Assembly (NCBI GenBank): GCA_964016885.1
Contig: OZ024742.1
Coordinates: forward strand, 8,122,001 to 8,186,000
Direction: 5' to 3'
DNA from: Eledone cirrhosa
Lineage: Eukaryota
DNA: 64,000 nt
The stretch's first letter is position 1. The number at the start of each line of letters is the position of its first letter. Shown in pieces: positions 39,910-56,700 of the stretch. Position numbers and translations under genes: made by a program. Under the pieces are notes generated by a model. It had not been told where the DNA came from. It searched no databases and saw nothing but the letters and a program-made list of their open reading frames with translations.

Positions 39910-39911
39910 AC

Positions 39912-40002
<91 letters not shown>

Positions 40003-40034
40003 ACAGTAGTAGTAGTAGTAGTAGTAGTAGTAAC

Positions 40035-40089
<55 letters not shown>

Positions 40090-40116
40090 ATAGTAATAGT
40101 AGTAGTAGTAGTAGTA
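39285..40116. repeat. (GGT/GTT/GCT)n and (AGT)n trinucleotide arrays
   Basis: Visible directly in the sequence. Confidence 0.92.
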
Positions 40117-40413
40117 GGTGTTATGCCATCTCTACATCTCTACCACCGACAATGTCATCCAATACAGCAGAAACCAAATTATAGGCTGCTAATAAAATTA
40201 ATGTCACTAAAGACTAATTGACTTGTTGGTAGGTGGTGGTGGTGATGGTGGTGAGTTGGGCTGTGTTGTTGATTTTGATGATGATGATATTGCTAGTGGT
40301 GCTGTTGCTGATGATGATGATGAGGCGTGTTTGCATGTGTTGTTGACGGATGTATCCCATCTTAACTATACTTCGAAATCTCTCTCTCTGCATGTATTTA
40401 TTTATAAATATAT

Positions 40414-40474
<61 letters not shown>

Positions 40475-41241
40475 TATATATATCAATGAAAATAGAGAAA
40501 TTAATATGTGCATATATATGTATATATATATGTATATATATAATTGTGTCTGTGTGTCTGTGAGTGTGTATGCATGCGTGTATGTGTGTATATATTCCGG
40601 TTGGATAACTCTCGGAATATTCAAATAAATATCAACTCGAGAGCTAATTCAGATTAATCTAGGTGAAAACAAAAGCAATCGTATTCCATATGTAATGATC
40701 AGAAATGGAAAAAATATCTGCTGTCGTTTTACTACAACATTGAACGGAATTAATGATAATTATTTCTTCTGCTTTCTTTCAACCATTCACAATTTTATCC
40801 AATATCATCAGAATATCACTTCGTATCACATCAGATGAGAAACGTAGCAACTTAGCAACCACTCTCATACATCGCCTAGTGCCGTCTATACTTTCTTTTT
40901 TTATAAACCTTTTTCTCTCTATTTCTATCTTTTCAGAGTATCTCTCCCTCCATCTTGCTCACTCACTTACTCTTCTCTTCTTACAATAGTTCTCTTTCTT
41001 TCTGCCTTTCTTTCTGTCTTTCTGTCTGCCTTTCTTTCTGTCTTTCGTTCTGTTTTTCTGTATGCTTTTTTTCTGTCTTCCCCAAGTTATTTTCTTTCTT
41101 ATTTCGGCAAAACTCCTCACTTTTCAAAATTCTATATCTTTCACCCTCATTTTTTCTTTCTCCTTCTCTCGTACAATCTTTCTCTCTTAGTTTATTCTTA
41201 GTTTATTTCGTTCCCACTTCTTCTCTATCTCTCTACCTCTC

Positions 41242-41331
<90 letters not shown>

Positions 41332-41732
41332 TCCTTTTTTCTTCTTTCTTTCTTTTCTCGTTTCATTCATTGTTTCTGTTCCTGGTTTCAAGATAATCAT
41401 ATTTCCATAGTATCACTTATTTCATTTGTTGTTCTCACCCCCTGTCTCTCTCTCACTCACTCTCTCTCTCTCTCTCTCCCCATTCTTTATTATTCACTTT
41501 TTTTCTTGTTATGTTTTCCTCTTCATCATTTTTTCTCTTTTTTTTTAATAACCTTCCTTCTTCCTCTACGCCCCCCCCGCCATATTCCTTGTCTTTTTCT
41601 CAGTCTACTAGTACCCCCCCCCCCGTGTAAAAGGCACACCAACCAATCTTCAGTTATGTAGTAGATGTCAAAAGCCGCATGTCACATCCTTCCCCATTAT
41701 AACATCAATATAGTTAATAAACGGTGAAGAAA

Positions 41733-44700
41733 TACACACACACACAGAGGAGAGACACACATATAGATGTCATAAGGAACACATACACACACACACAGAG
41801 GAGAGACACACATATAGATGCCATAAGGAACACATACACACACACAGAGAGAGGAGAGACACACATATAGATGTCATAAGGAACACATACACACACACAT
41901 AGAGAGGAGAGACACACATATAGATGTCATAAGGGACACATACACACACACAAAGAGGAGAGACACACATATAGATGTCATAAGGAACACATACACACAC
42001 ACAGAGAGGAGAGACACACATATAGATGTCATAAAGAACACATACACACACACAGAGAGAGGAGAGACACACATATAGATGTCATAAGGAACACATACAC
42101 ACACACACAGAGAGGAGAGACACACATATAGGTGTCATAAGGAACACATACACAGAGAGAGAGAGAGGAGAGACACACATATAGATGTCATAAGGAACAC
42201 ATACACACACACATATAGAGGAGAGACACACATATAGATGCCATAAGGAACACATACACACACACAGAGAGAGGAGAGACACACATATAGATGTCATAAG
42301 GAACACATACACACACACAGAGAGGAGAGACACACATATAGATGTCATAAAGAACACATACACACACACAGAGAGGAGAGACACACATATAGATGTCATA
42401 AGGAACACATACACACACACACAGAGGAGAGACACACATATAGATGTCATAAGGAACACATACACACACACAGAGAGGAGAGACACACATATAGATGTCA
42501 TAAGGAACACATACACACACACAAAGAGGAGAGACACACATATAGATGTCATAAGGAACACATACACACACACACACACAGAGCAGAGACACACATATAG
42601 ATATCATAAGGAACACATACACACACACACACACAGAGCAGAGACACACATATAGATGTCATAAGGAACACATACACACACACAGAGAGGAGAGACACAC
42701 ATATAGATGTCATAAGGAACACATACACACACACACACAGAGGACAGACACACATATAGATGACATAAGGAACACATACACACACACACAGAGAGGAGAG
42801 ACACACATATAGATGTCATAAGCAACACATAGACACACACACAGAGAGGAGAGACACACATATAGGTGTCATAAGGAACACATACACAGAGAGAGAGAGA
42901 GGAGAGACACACATATAGATGTCATAAGGAACACATACACACACACAGAGAGGAGAGACACACATATAGATGTCATAAGGAACACATACACACACACAGA
43001 GGGGAGAGACACACATATAGATGTCATAAGGAACACATACACATACACAGAGGGGAGAGACACACATATAGATGTCATAAGGAACACATACACACACACA
43101 CAGAGAGGAGAGACACACATATAGATGTCATAAGGAACACATACACACACACAGAGGGGAGAGACACACATATAGATGTCATAAGGAACACATACACATA
43201 CACAGAGGGGAGAGACACACATATAGATGTCATAAGGAACACATACACACACACACAGAGAGGAGAGACACACATATAGATGTCATAAGGAACACATACA
43301 CACACACACACAGAGGAGAGACACACATATAGATGCCATAAAGAACACATACACATACACAGAGGGGAGAGACACACATATAGATGTCATAAGGAACACA
43401 TACACACTCACACAGAGAGGAGAGACACACATATAGATGTCATAAGGAACACATACACACACACACACAGAGGAGAGACACACATATAGATGCCATAAAG
43501 AACACATACACACACACAGAGGGGAGAGACACACATATAGATGTCATAAGGAACACATACACACACACACAGAGAGGAGAGACACACATATAGATGCCAT
43601 AAAGAACACATACACACACACAGAGGGGAGAGACACACATATAGATGTCATAAGGAACACATACACACACACACACAGAGAGGAGAGACACACATATAGA
43701 TGTCATAAGGAACACATACACACACACACACAGAGAGGAGAGACACACATATAGATGTCATAAGGAACACATACACATACACAGAGGAGAGACACACATA
43801 TAGATGTCATAAGGAACACATACACATACACAGAGAGGAGAGACACACATATAGATGTCATAAGGAACACATACACACACACAGAGGGGAGAGACACACA
43901 TATAGATGTCATAAAGAACACATACACACACACACAGAGGGGAGAGACACACATATAGATGTCATAAAGAACACATACACACACACACAGAGAGGAGAGA
44001 CACGCATATAGATGTCATAAGGAACACATACACACACACACAGAGGGGAGAGACACACATATAGATGTCATAAAGAACACATACACACACACACAGAGAG
44101 GAGAGACACGCATATAGATGCCATAAGGAACACATACACACACACACAGTGAGGAGAGACACACATATAGATGTCATAAGGAACACATACACACACACAC
44201 AGAGAGGAGAGACACACATATAGATGTCATAAGGAATACATAGACACACACACAGAGAGGAGAGACACACATATAGATGTCATAAGGAATACATAGACAC
44301 ACACACATAGAGGAGAGACACACATATAGATGTCATAAGGAACACATACACACACACAGAGAGGAGAGACACACATATAGATGTCATAAGGAACACATAC
44401 ACATACACAGAGAGGAGAGACACACATATAGGTGTCATAAGGAACACATACACACACAGAGGAGAGACACACATATAGGTGTCATAAGGAACACATACAC
44501 ATACACACACAGAGGAGAGACACACATATAGGTGTCATAAGGAACACATACACACACACAGAGAGGAGAGACACACATATAGATGTCATAAGGAACACAT
44601 ACACACACACACACACAGAGGAGAGACACACATATAGATGTCATAAGGAACACATACACATACACAGAGAGGAGAGACACACATATAGGTGTCATAAGGA

Positions 44701-47700
44701 ACACATACACACACACACATAGAGGAGAGACACACATATAGATGTCATAAGGAACACATACATACACACACACACACACACACAGAGGAGAGACACACAT
44801 ATAGATGTCATAAGGAACATATACACACACACAGGAGAGAGACACACATATATATGTCATAAGGAACACATACACATACACACACAGAGGAGAGACACAC
44901 ATATAGATGTCATAAGGAACACATACACATACACACACAGAGGAGAGACACACATATAGATGTCATAAGGAACACATACACACACACACACAGAGGATAG
45001 ACACACATATAGATGTCATAAGGAACACATACACACACACACAGAGGAGAGACACACATATAGATGTCATAAGGAATACATAGACACACACACACAGAGG
45101 AGAGACACACATATAGATGTCATAAGGAATACATAGACACACACACAGAGAGGAGAGACACACATATAGATGCCATAAGGAACACATACACACACACACA
45201 CAGAGGAGAGACACACATATAGATGTCATAAGGAACACATACACACACACACACAGAGAGGAGAGACACACATATAGATGTCATAAGGAACACATACACA
45301 CACACAGAGGAGAGACACACATATAGATGTCATAAGGAACACATACACACACACACAGAGAGGAGAGACACACATATAGATGTCATAAGAAACACATACA
45401 AATACACAGAGGGGAGAGACATACATATAGATGCCATAAAGAACACATACACACACACAGAGGGGAGAGACACACATATAGATGTCATAAGGAACACATA
45501 CACACACACAGAGGGGAGAGACACACATATAGATGTCATAAGGAACACATACACACACACAGAGGGGAGAGACACACATATAGATGCCATAAAGAACACA
45601 TACACATACACAGAGGGGAGAGACACACATATAGATGCCATAAAGAACACATACACACACACAGAGGGGAGAGACACACATATAGATGTCATAAGGAACA
45701 CATACACACACACACACACACAGAGGAGAGACACACATATAGGTGTCATAAGGAACACATACACATACACAGAGGGGAGAGACACACATATAGATGCCAT
45801 AAGAAACACATACACACACACAGAGGGGAGAGACACACATATAGATGTCATAAGGAACACATACACACACACAGAGGGGAGAGACACACATATAGATGTC
45901 ATAAGGAACACACACACACACAGAGAGGAGAGACACACATATAGATGTCATAAGGAACACATACACACACACACACAGAGAGGAGAGACACGCATATAGA
46001 TGTCATAAGGAACACATACAGAGAGAGAGAGAGAGGAGAGACACACATATAGATGTCATAAGGAACACACACACACACAGAGAGGAGAGACACACATATA
46101 GATGTCATAAGGAACACATACACACACATACACAGAGGAGAGACACACATATAGATGTCATAAGGAACACATACAAATACCCAGAGAGGAGAGACACACA
46201 TATAGATGTCATAAGAAACACATACACACACACAGAGGGGAGAGACACACATATAGATGTCATAAAGAACACATACACACACACACAGAGAGGAGAGACA
46301 CGCATATAGATGTCATAAGGAACACATACACACACACAGAGGGGAGAGACACACATATAGATGTCATAAGGAACACATACACACTCACACAGAGGAGAGA
46401 CACACATATAGATGTCATAAGGAACACATACACACACACAGAGGGGAGAGACACACATATAGATGTCATAAGGAACACATACACACACACAGAGAGGAGA
46501 GACACACATATAGATGTCATAAGGAACACATACACATACACAGAGAGGAGAGACACACATATAGATGTCATAAGGAATACATACACACACACAGAGAGAG
46601 GAGAGACACACATATAGATGTCATAAGGAATACATACACACACACACACACAGAAGAGACACACATATAGATGTCATAAGGAACACATACACAGAGAGAG
46701 AGAGAGAGGAGAGACACACATATAGATGTCATAAGGAACACATACACACACACAGAGAGGAGAGACACACATATAGATGTCATAAGGAACACATACACAC
46801 ACACACACACACACAGAGGAGAGACACACATATAGATGTCATAAGGAATACATACACACACACACACAGAGGAGAGACACACATATAGATGTCATAAGGA
46901 ACACATACACACACACAGAGGGGAGAGACACACATATAGATGTCATAAGGAACACATACACACACACAGAGGGGAGAGACACACATATAGATGCCATAAA
47001 GAACACATACACATACACAGAGGGGAGACACACACATATAGATGCCATAAAGAACACATACACACACACAGAGGGGAGAGACACACATATAGATGTCATA
47101 AGGAACACATACACACACACAGAGGGGAGAGACACACATATAGATGTCATAAGGAACACATACACACACACAGAGGGGAGAGACACACATATAGATGTCA
47201 TAAGGAATACATACACACACACAGAGAGAGGAGAGACACACATATAGATGTCATAAGGAATACATACACACACACACACAGAGAAGAGACACACATATAG
47301 ATGTCATAAGGAACACATACACAGAGAGAGAGAGAGAGGAGAGATACACATATAGATGTCATAAGGAACACATACACACACACACACACAGAGGAGAGAC
47401 ACACATATAGATGTCATAAGGAATACATACACACACACACACAGAGGAGAGACACACATATAGATGTCATAAGGAACACATACACACACACAGAGAGGAG
47501 AGACACACATATAGATGTCATAAGGAACACATACACACACACACACACAGAGGAGAGACACACATATAGATGTCATAAGGAATACATACACACACACAGA
47601 GAGAGGAGACACACATATAGATGTCATAAGGAACACATACACACACACAGAGGAGAGACACACATATAGATGTCATAAGGAACACATACACACACACACA

Positions 47701-50700
47701 CACAGAGGAGAGACACACATATAGATGTCATAAGGAATACATACACACACACACAGAGAGGAGAGACACACATACAGGTGTCATAAGGAACACATACACA
47801 CACACACACAGAGAAGAGACACACATATAGATGTCATAAGGAATACATACACACACACACACACAGAGGAGAGACACACATATAGATGTCATAAGGAACA
47901 CATACACACACACACTGAGGAGAGACACACATATAGATGTCATAAGGAACACATACACACACACACAGAGAGGAGAGACACACATATAGATGTCATAAGG
48001 AACACATACACACACAGAGAGGAGAGACACACATATAGATGTCATAAGGAACACATACACACACACACACACACAGAGGAGAGACACACATGTAGATATC
48101 ATAAGGAATACATAGACACACACACAGAGAGGAGAGACACACATATAGATGTCATAAGGAACACATACACACACACAGAGGAGAGACACACATATAGATG
48201 TCATAAGGAACACATACACACACAGAGAGGAGAGACACAGATATAGATGTCATAAGGAACACATACACACACATAGAGGAGAGACGCACATATAGATGTC
48301 ATAAGGAACACATACACACACACAGAGAGGAGAGACACACATATAGATGTCATAAGGAACACATACACACACACACAGAGAGGAGTGACACACATATAGA
48401 TGTCATAAGGAACACATACACACACACAGATAGGAGAGACACACATATAGATGTCATAAGGAACACATACACACACACAGAGAGAGGAGAGACACACATA
48501 TAGATGTCGTAAGTAACACATACACACACACAGAGAGGAGAGACACACATATAGATGTCATAAGGAACACATACACACACACAGAGGGGAGAGACACACA
48601 TATAGATGTCATAAGGAACACATACACACACACAGAGAGGAGTGACACACATATAGATGTCATAAGGAACACATACACACACACAGAGAGGAGAGACACA
48701 GATATAGATGTCATAAAGAACACATACACACACATAGAGGAGAGACGCACATATAGATGTCATAAGGGACACATACACACACACAGAGGAGAGACACACA
48801 TATATATGTCATAAGGAACACATACACACACACACATAGAGGAGAGACACACATATAGATGTCATAAGGAACACATACACACACACACATAGAGGAGAGA
48901 CACACATATAGATGTCATAAGGAACACATACACACACACACAGAGGAGAGACACACATATAGATGTCATAAGGAACACATACACACACACACATAGAGGA
49001 GAGACACACATATAGATGTCATAAGGAACACATACACACACACACAGAGAGGAGAGAAACACATATAGATGTCATAAGGAACACATACACACACACACAG
49101 AGAGGAGAGACACACATATAGATGTCATAAGGAACACATACACACACACACATAGAGGAGAGACACACATATAGATGCCATAAGGAACACATACACACAC
49201 ACAGAGAGAGGAGAGACACACATATAGATGTCATAAGGAACACATACACACACACAGAGAGGAGAGACACACATATAGATGTCATAAAGAACACATACAC
49301 ACACACAGAGAGGAGAGACACACATATAGATGTCATAAGGAACACATACACACACACACAGAGGAGAGACACACATATAGATGTCATAAGGAACACATGC
49401 ACACACACAGAGAGGAGAGACACACATATAGATGTCATAAGGAACACATACACACACACAAAGAGGAGAGACACACATATAGATGTCATAAGGAACACAT
49501 ACACACACACACACACAGAGCAGAGACACACATATAGATATCATAAGGAACACATACACACACACACACACAGAGCAGAGACACACATATAGATGTCATA
49601 AGGAACACATACACACACACAGAGAGGAGAGACACACATATAGATGTCATAAGGAACACATACACACACACACACAGAGGACAGACACACATATAGATGA
49701 CATAAGGAACACATACACACACACACAGAGAGGAGAGACACACATATAGATGTCATAAGGAACACCTAGACACACACACAGAGAGGAGAGACACACATAT
49801 AGGTGTCATAAGGAACACATACACAGAGAGAGAGAGAGGAGAGACACACATATAGATGTCATAAGGAACACATACACACACACAGAGAAGAGAGACACAC
49901 ATATAGATGTCATAAGAAACACATACACATACACAGAGGGGAGAGACACACATATAGATGTCATAAGGAACACATACACACACACAGAGGGGAGAGACAC
50001 ACATAGATGTCATAAGGAACACATACACACACACAGAGGGGAGAGACACACATATAGATGTCATAAGGAACACATACACATACACAGAGGGGAGAGACAC
50101 ACATATAGATGTCATAAGGAACACATACACACACACACAGAGAGGAGAGACACACATATAGATGTCATAAGGAACACATACACACACACACACAGAGGAG
50201 AGACACACATATAGATGCCATAAAGAACACATACACATACACAGAGGGGAGAGACACACATATAGATGTCATAAGGAACACATACACACTCACACAGAGA
50301 GGAGAGACACACATATAGATGTCATAAGGAACACATACACACACACACACAGAGGAGAGACACACATATAGATGCCATAAAGAACACATACACACACACA
50401 GAGGGGAGAGACACACATATAGATGTCATAAGGAACACATACACACACACACAGAGAGGAGAGACACACATATAGATGCCATAAAGAACACATACACACA
50501 CACAGAGGGGAGAGACACACATATAGATGTCATAAGGAACACATACACACACACACACAGAGAGGAGAGACACACATATAGATGTCATAAGGAACACATA
50601 CACACACACACACAGAGAGGAGAGACACACATATAGATGTCATAAGGAACACATACACATACACAGAGGAGAGACACACATATAGATGTCATAAGGAACA

Positions 50701-53700
50701 CATACACATACACAGAGAGGAGAGACACACATATAGATGTCATAAGGAACACATACACACACACAGAGGGGAGAGACACACATATAGATGTCATAAAGAA
50801 CACATACACACACACACAGAGGGGAGAGACACACATATAGATGTCATAAAGAACACATACACACACACACAGAGAGGAGAGACACGCATATAGATGTCAT
50901 AAGGAACACATACACACACACACAGAGGGGAGAGACACACATATAGATGTCATAAAGAACACATACACACACACACAGAGAGGAGAGACACGCATATAGA
51001 TGCCATAAGGAACACATACACACACACACAGAGAGGAGAGACACACATATAGATGTCATAAGGAACACATACACACACACACAGAGAGGAGAGACACACA
51101 TATAGATGTCATAAGGAATACATAGACACACACACAGAGAGGAGAGACACACATATAGATGTCATAAGGAATACATAGACACACACACATAGAGGAGAGA
51201 CACACATATAGATGTCATAAGGAACACATACACACACACAGAGAGGAGAAACACACATATAGATGTCATAAGGAACACATACACATACACAGAGAGGAGA
51301 GACACACATATAGGTGTCATAAGGAACACATACACACACAGAGGAGAGACACACATATAGGTGTCATAAGGAACACATACACATACACACACAGAGGAGA
51401 GACACACATATAGGTGTCATAAGGAACACATACACACACACAGAGAGGAGAGACACACATATAGATGTCATAAGGAACACATACACACACACACACACAG
51501 AGGAGAGACACACATATAGATGTCATAAGGAACACATACACATACACAGAGAAGAGAGACACACATATAGGTGTCATAAGGAACACATACACACACACAC
51601 ATAGAGGAGAGACACACATATAGATGTCATAAGGAACACATACATACACACACACACACACACACAGAGGAGAGACACACATATAGATGTCATAAGGAAC
51701 ACATACACACACACAGGAGAGAGACACACATATATATGTCATAAGGAACACATACACATACACACACAGAGGAGAGACACACATATAGATGTCATAAGGA
51801 ACACATACACATACACACACAGAGGAGAGACACACATATAGATGTCATAAGAAATACATAGACACACACACAGAGGAGAGACACACATATAGATGTCATA
51901 AGGAACACATACACACACACACACAGAGGAGAGATACACATATAGATGTCATAAGGAACACATACACACACACACAGAGGAGAGACACACATATAGATGT
52001 CATAAGGAATACATAGACACACACACACAGAGGAGAGACACACATATAGATGTCATAAGGAATACATAGACACACACACAGAGAGGAGAGACACACATAT
52101 AGATGTCATAAGGAACACATACACACACACAGAGAGAGGAGAGACACACATATAGATGCCATAAGGAATACATAGACACACACACACAGAGAGGAGAGAC
52201 ACACATATAGATGCCATAAGGAACACATACACACACACACACAGAGGAGAGACACACATATAGTTGTCATAAGGAACACATACACACACACACACAGAGA
52301 GGAGAGACACACATATAGATGTCATAAGGAATACATACACACTCACAGAGGAGAGACACACATATAGATGTCATAAGGAACACATACACACACACACAGA
52401 GAGGAGAGACACACATATAGATGTCATAAGAAACACATACACATACACAGAGGGGAGAGACACACATATAGATGCCATAAAGAACACATACACACACACA
52501 GAGGGGAGAGACACACATATAGATGTCATAAGGAACACATACACACACACAGAGGGGAGAGACACACATATAGATGTCATAAGGAACACATACACACACA
52601 CACAGAGGGGAGAGACACACATATAGATGCCATAAAGAACACATACACATACACAGAGGGGAGAGACACACATATAGATGCCATAAAGAACACATACACA
52701 CACACAGAGGGGAGAGACACACATATAGATGTCATAAGGAACACATACACACACACAGAGGGGAGAGACACACATATAGATGTCATAAGGAACACATACA
52801 CACACACAGAGGGGAGAGACACACATATAGATGCCATAAAGAACACATACACATACACAGAGGGGAGAGACACACATATAGATGCCATAAAGAACACATA
52901 CACACACACAGAGGGGAGAGACACACATATAGATGTCATAAGGAACACATACACACACACACACACACAGAGGAGAGACACACATATAGGTGTCATAAGG
53001 AACACATACACATACACAGAGGGGAGAGACACACATATAGATGCCATAAGAAACACATACACACACACAGAGGGGAGAGACACACATATAGAATAGATGT
53101 CATAAGGAACACATACACACACACAGAGGGGAGAGACACACATATAGATGTCATAAGGAACACACACACACACAGAGAGGAGAGACACACATATAGATGT
53201 CATAAGGAACACATACACACACACACACAGAGAGGAGAGACACACATATAGATGTCATAAGGAACACATACACAGAGAGAGAGAGAGGAGAGACACACAT
53301 ATAGATGTCATAAGGAACACACACACACACAGAGAGGAGAGACACACATATAGATGTCATAAGGAACACATACACACACATACACAGAGGAGAGACACAC
53401 ATATAGATGTCATAAGGAACACATACACACACATACACAGAGGAGAGACACACATATAGATGTCATAAGAAACACATACACACACACAGAGGGGAGAGAC
53501 ACACATATAGATGTCATAAAGAACACATACACACACACACAGAGAGGAGAGACACGCATATAGATGTCATAAGGAACACATACACACACACAGAGGGGAG
53601 AGACACACATATAGATGTCATAAGGAACACATACACACTCACACAGAGGAGAGACACACATATAGATGTCATAAGGAACACATACACACACACAGAGGGG

Positions 53701-56700
53701 AGAGACACACATATAGATGTCATAAGGAACACATACACACACACAGAGAGGAGAGACACACATATAGATGTCATAAGGAACACATACACATACACAGAGA
53801 GGAGAGACACACATATAGATGTCATAAGGAATACATACACACACACACAGAGAGGAGAGACACACATATAGATGTCATAAGGAATACATACACACACACA
53901 GAGAGAGGAGAGACACACATATAGATGTCATAAGGATTACATACACACACACACACAGAGAAGAGACACACATATAGATGTCATAAGGAACACATACACA
54001 GAGAGAGAGAGAGAGGAGAGACACACATATAGATGTCATAAGGAACACATACACACACACACACACAGAGGAGAGACACACATATAGATGTCATAAGGAA
54101 TACATACACACACACACACAGAGGAGAGACACACATATAGATGTCATAAGGAACACATACACACACACAGAGAGGAGAGACACACATATAGATGTCATAA
54201 GGAACACATACACACACACACACAGAGAGGAGAGACACACATATAGATGTCATAAGGAACACATACACACACACACACAGAGAGGAGAGACACACATATA
54301 GATGTCATAAGGAACACATACACATACACAGAGGAGAGACACACATATAGATGTCATAAGGAACACATACACATACACAGAGAGGAGAGACACACATATA
54401 GATGTCATAAGGAACACATACACACACACAGAGGGGAGAGACACACATATAGATGTCATAAAGAACACATACACACACACACAGAGGGGAGAGACACACA
54501 TATAGATGTCATAAAGAACACATACACACACACACAGAGAGGAGAGACACGCATATAGATGTCATAAGGAACACATACACACACACACAGAGGGGAGAGA
54601 CACACATATAGATGTCATAAAGAACACATACACACACACACAGAGAGGAGAGACACGCATATAGATGCCATAAGGAACACATACACACACACACAGAGAG
54701 GAGAGACACACATATAGATGTCATAAGGAACACATACACACACACACAGAGAGGAGAGACACACATATAGATGTCATAAGGAATACATAGACACACACAC
54801 AGAGAGGAGAGACACACATATAGATGTCATAAGGAATACATAGACACACACACAGAGAGGAGAGACACACATATAGATGTCATAAGGAATACATAGACAC
54901 ACACACAGAGAGGAGAGACACACATATAGATGTCATAAGGAATACATAGACACACACACAGAGAGGAGAAACACACATATAGATGTCATAAGGAACACAT
55001 ACACATACACAGAGAGGAGAGACACACATATAGGTGTCATAAGGAACACATACACACACAGAGGAGAGACACACATATAGGTGTCATAAGGAACACATAC
55101 ACATACACACACAGAGGAGAGACACACATATAGGTGTCATAAGGAACACATACACACACACAGAGAGGAGAGACACACATATAGATGTCATAAGGAACAC
55201 ATACACACACACACACACAGAGGAGAGACACACATATAGATGTCATAAGGAACACATACACATACACAGAGAAGAGAGACACACATATAGGTGTCATAAG
55301 GAACACATACACACACACACATAGAGGAGAGACACACATATAGATGTCATAAGGAACACATACATACACACACACACACACACACAGAGGAGAGACACAC
55401 ATATAGATGTCATAAGGAACACATACACACACACAGGAGAGAGACACACATATATATGTCATAAGGAACACATACACATACACACACAGAGGAGAGACAC
55501 ACATATAGATGTCATAAGGAACACATACACATACACACACAGAGGAGAGACACACATATAGATGTCATAAGAAATACATAGACACACACACAGAGGAGAG
55601 ACACACATATAGATGTCATAAGGAACACATACACACACACACACAGAGGAGAGATACACATATAGATGTCATAAGGAACACATACACACACACACAGAGG
55701 AGAGACACACATATAGATGTCATAAGGAATACATAGACACACACACACAGAGGAGAGACACACATATAGATGTCATAAGGAATACATAGACACACACACA
55801 GAGAGGAGAGACACACATATAGATGTCATAAGGAACACATACACACACACAGAGAGAGGAGAGACACACATATAGATGCCATAAGGAATACATAGACACA
55901 CACACACAGAGAGGAGAGACACACATATAGATGCCATAAGGAACACATACACACACACACACAGAGGAGAGACACACATATAGTTGTCATAAGGAACACA
56001 TACACACACACACACAGAGAGGAGAGACACACATATAGATGTCATAAGGAATACATACACACTCACAGAGGAGAGACACACATATAGATGTCATAAGGAA
56101 CACATACACACACACACAGAGAGGAGAGACACACATATAGATGTCATAAGAAACACATACACATACACAGAGGGGAGAGACACACATATAGATGCCATAA
56201 AGAACACATACACACACACAGAGGGGAGAGACACACATATAGATGTCATAAGGAACACATACACACACACAGAGGGGAGAGACACACATATAGATGTCAT
56301 AAGGAACACATACACACACACACAGAGGGGAGAGACACACATATAGATGCCATAAAGAACACATACACATACACAGAGGGGAGAGACACACATATAGATG
56401 CCATAAAGAACACATACACACACACAGAGGGGAGAGACACACATATAGATGTCATAAGGAACACATACACACACACAGAGGGGAGAGACACACATATAGA
56501 TGTCATAAGGAACACATACACACACACAGAGGGGAGAGACACACATATAGATGCCATAAAGAACACATACACATACACAGAGGGGAGAGACACACATATA
56601 GATGCCATAAAGAACACATACACACACACAGAGGGGAGAGACACACATATAGATGTCATAAGGAACACATACACACACACACACACACAGAGGAGAGACA

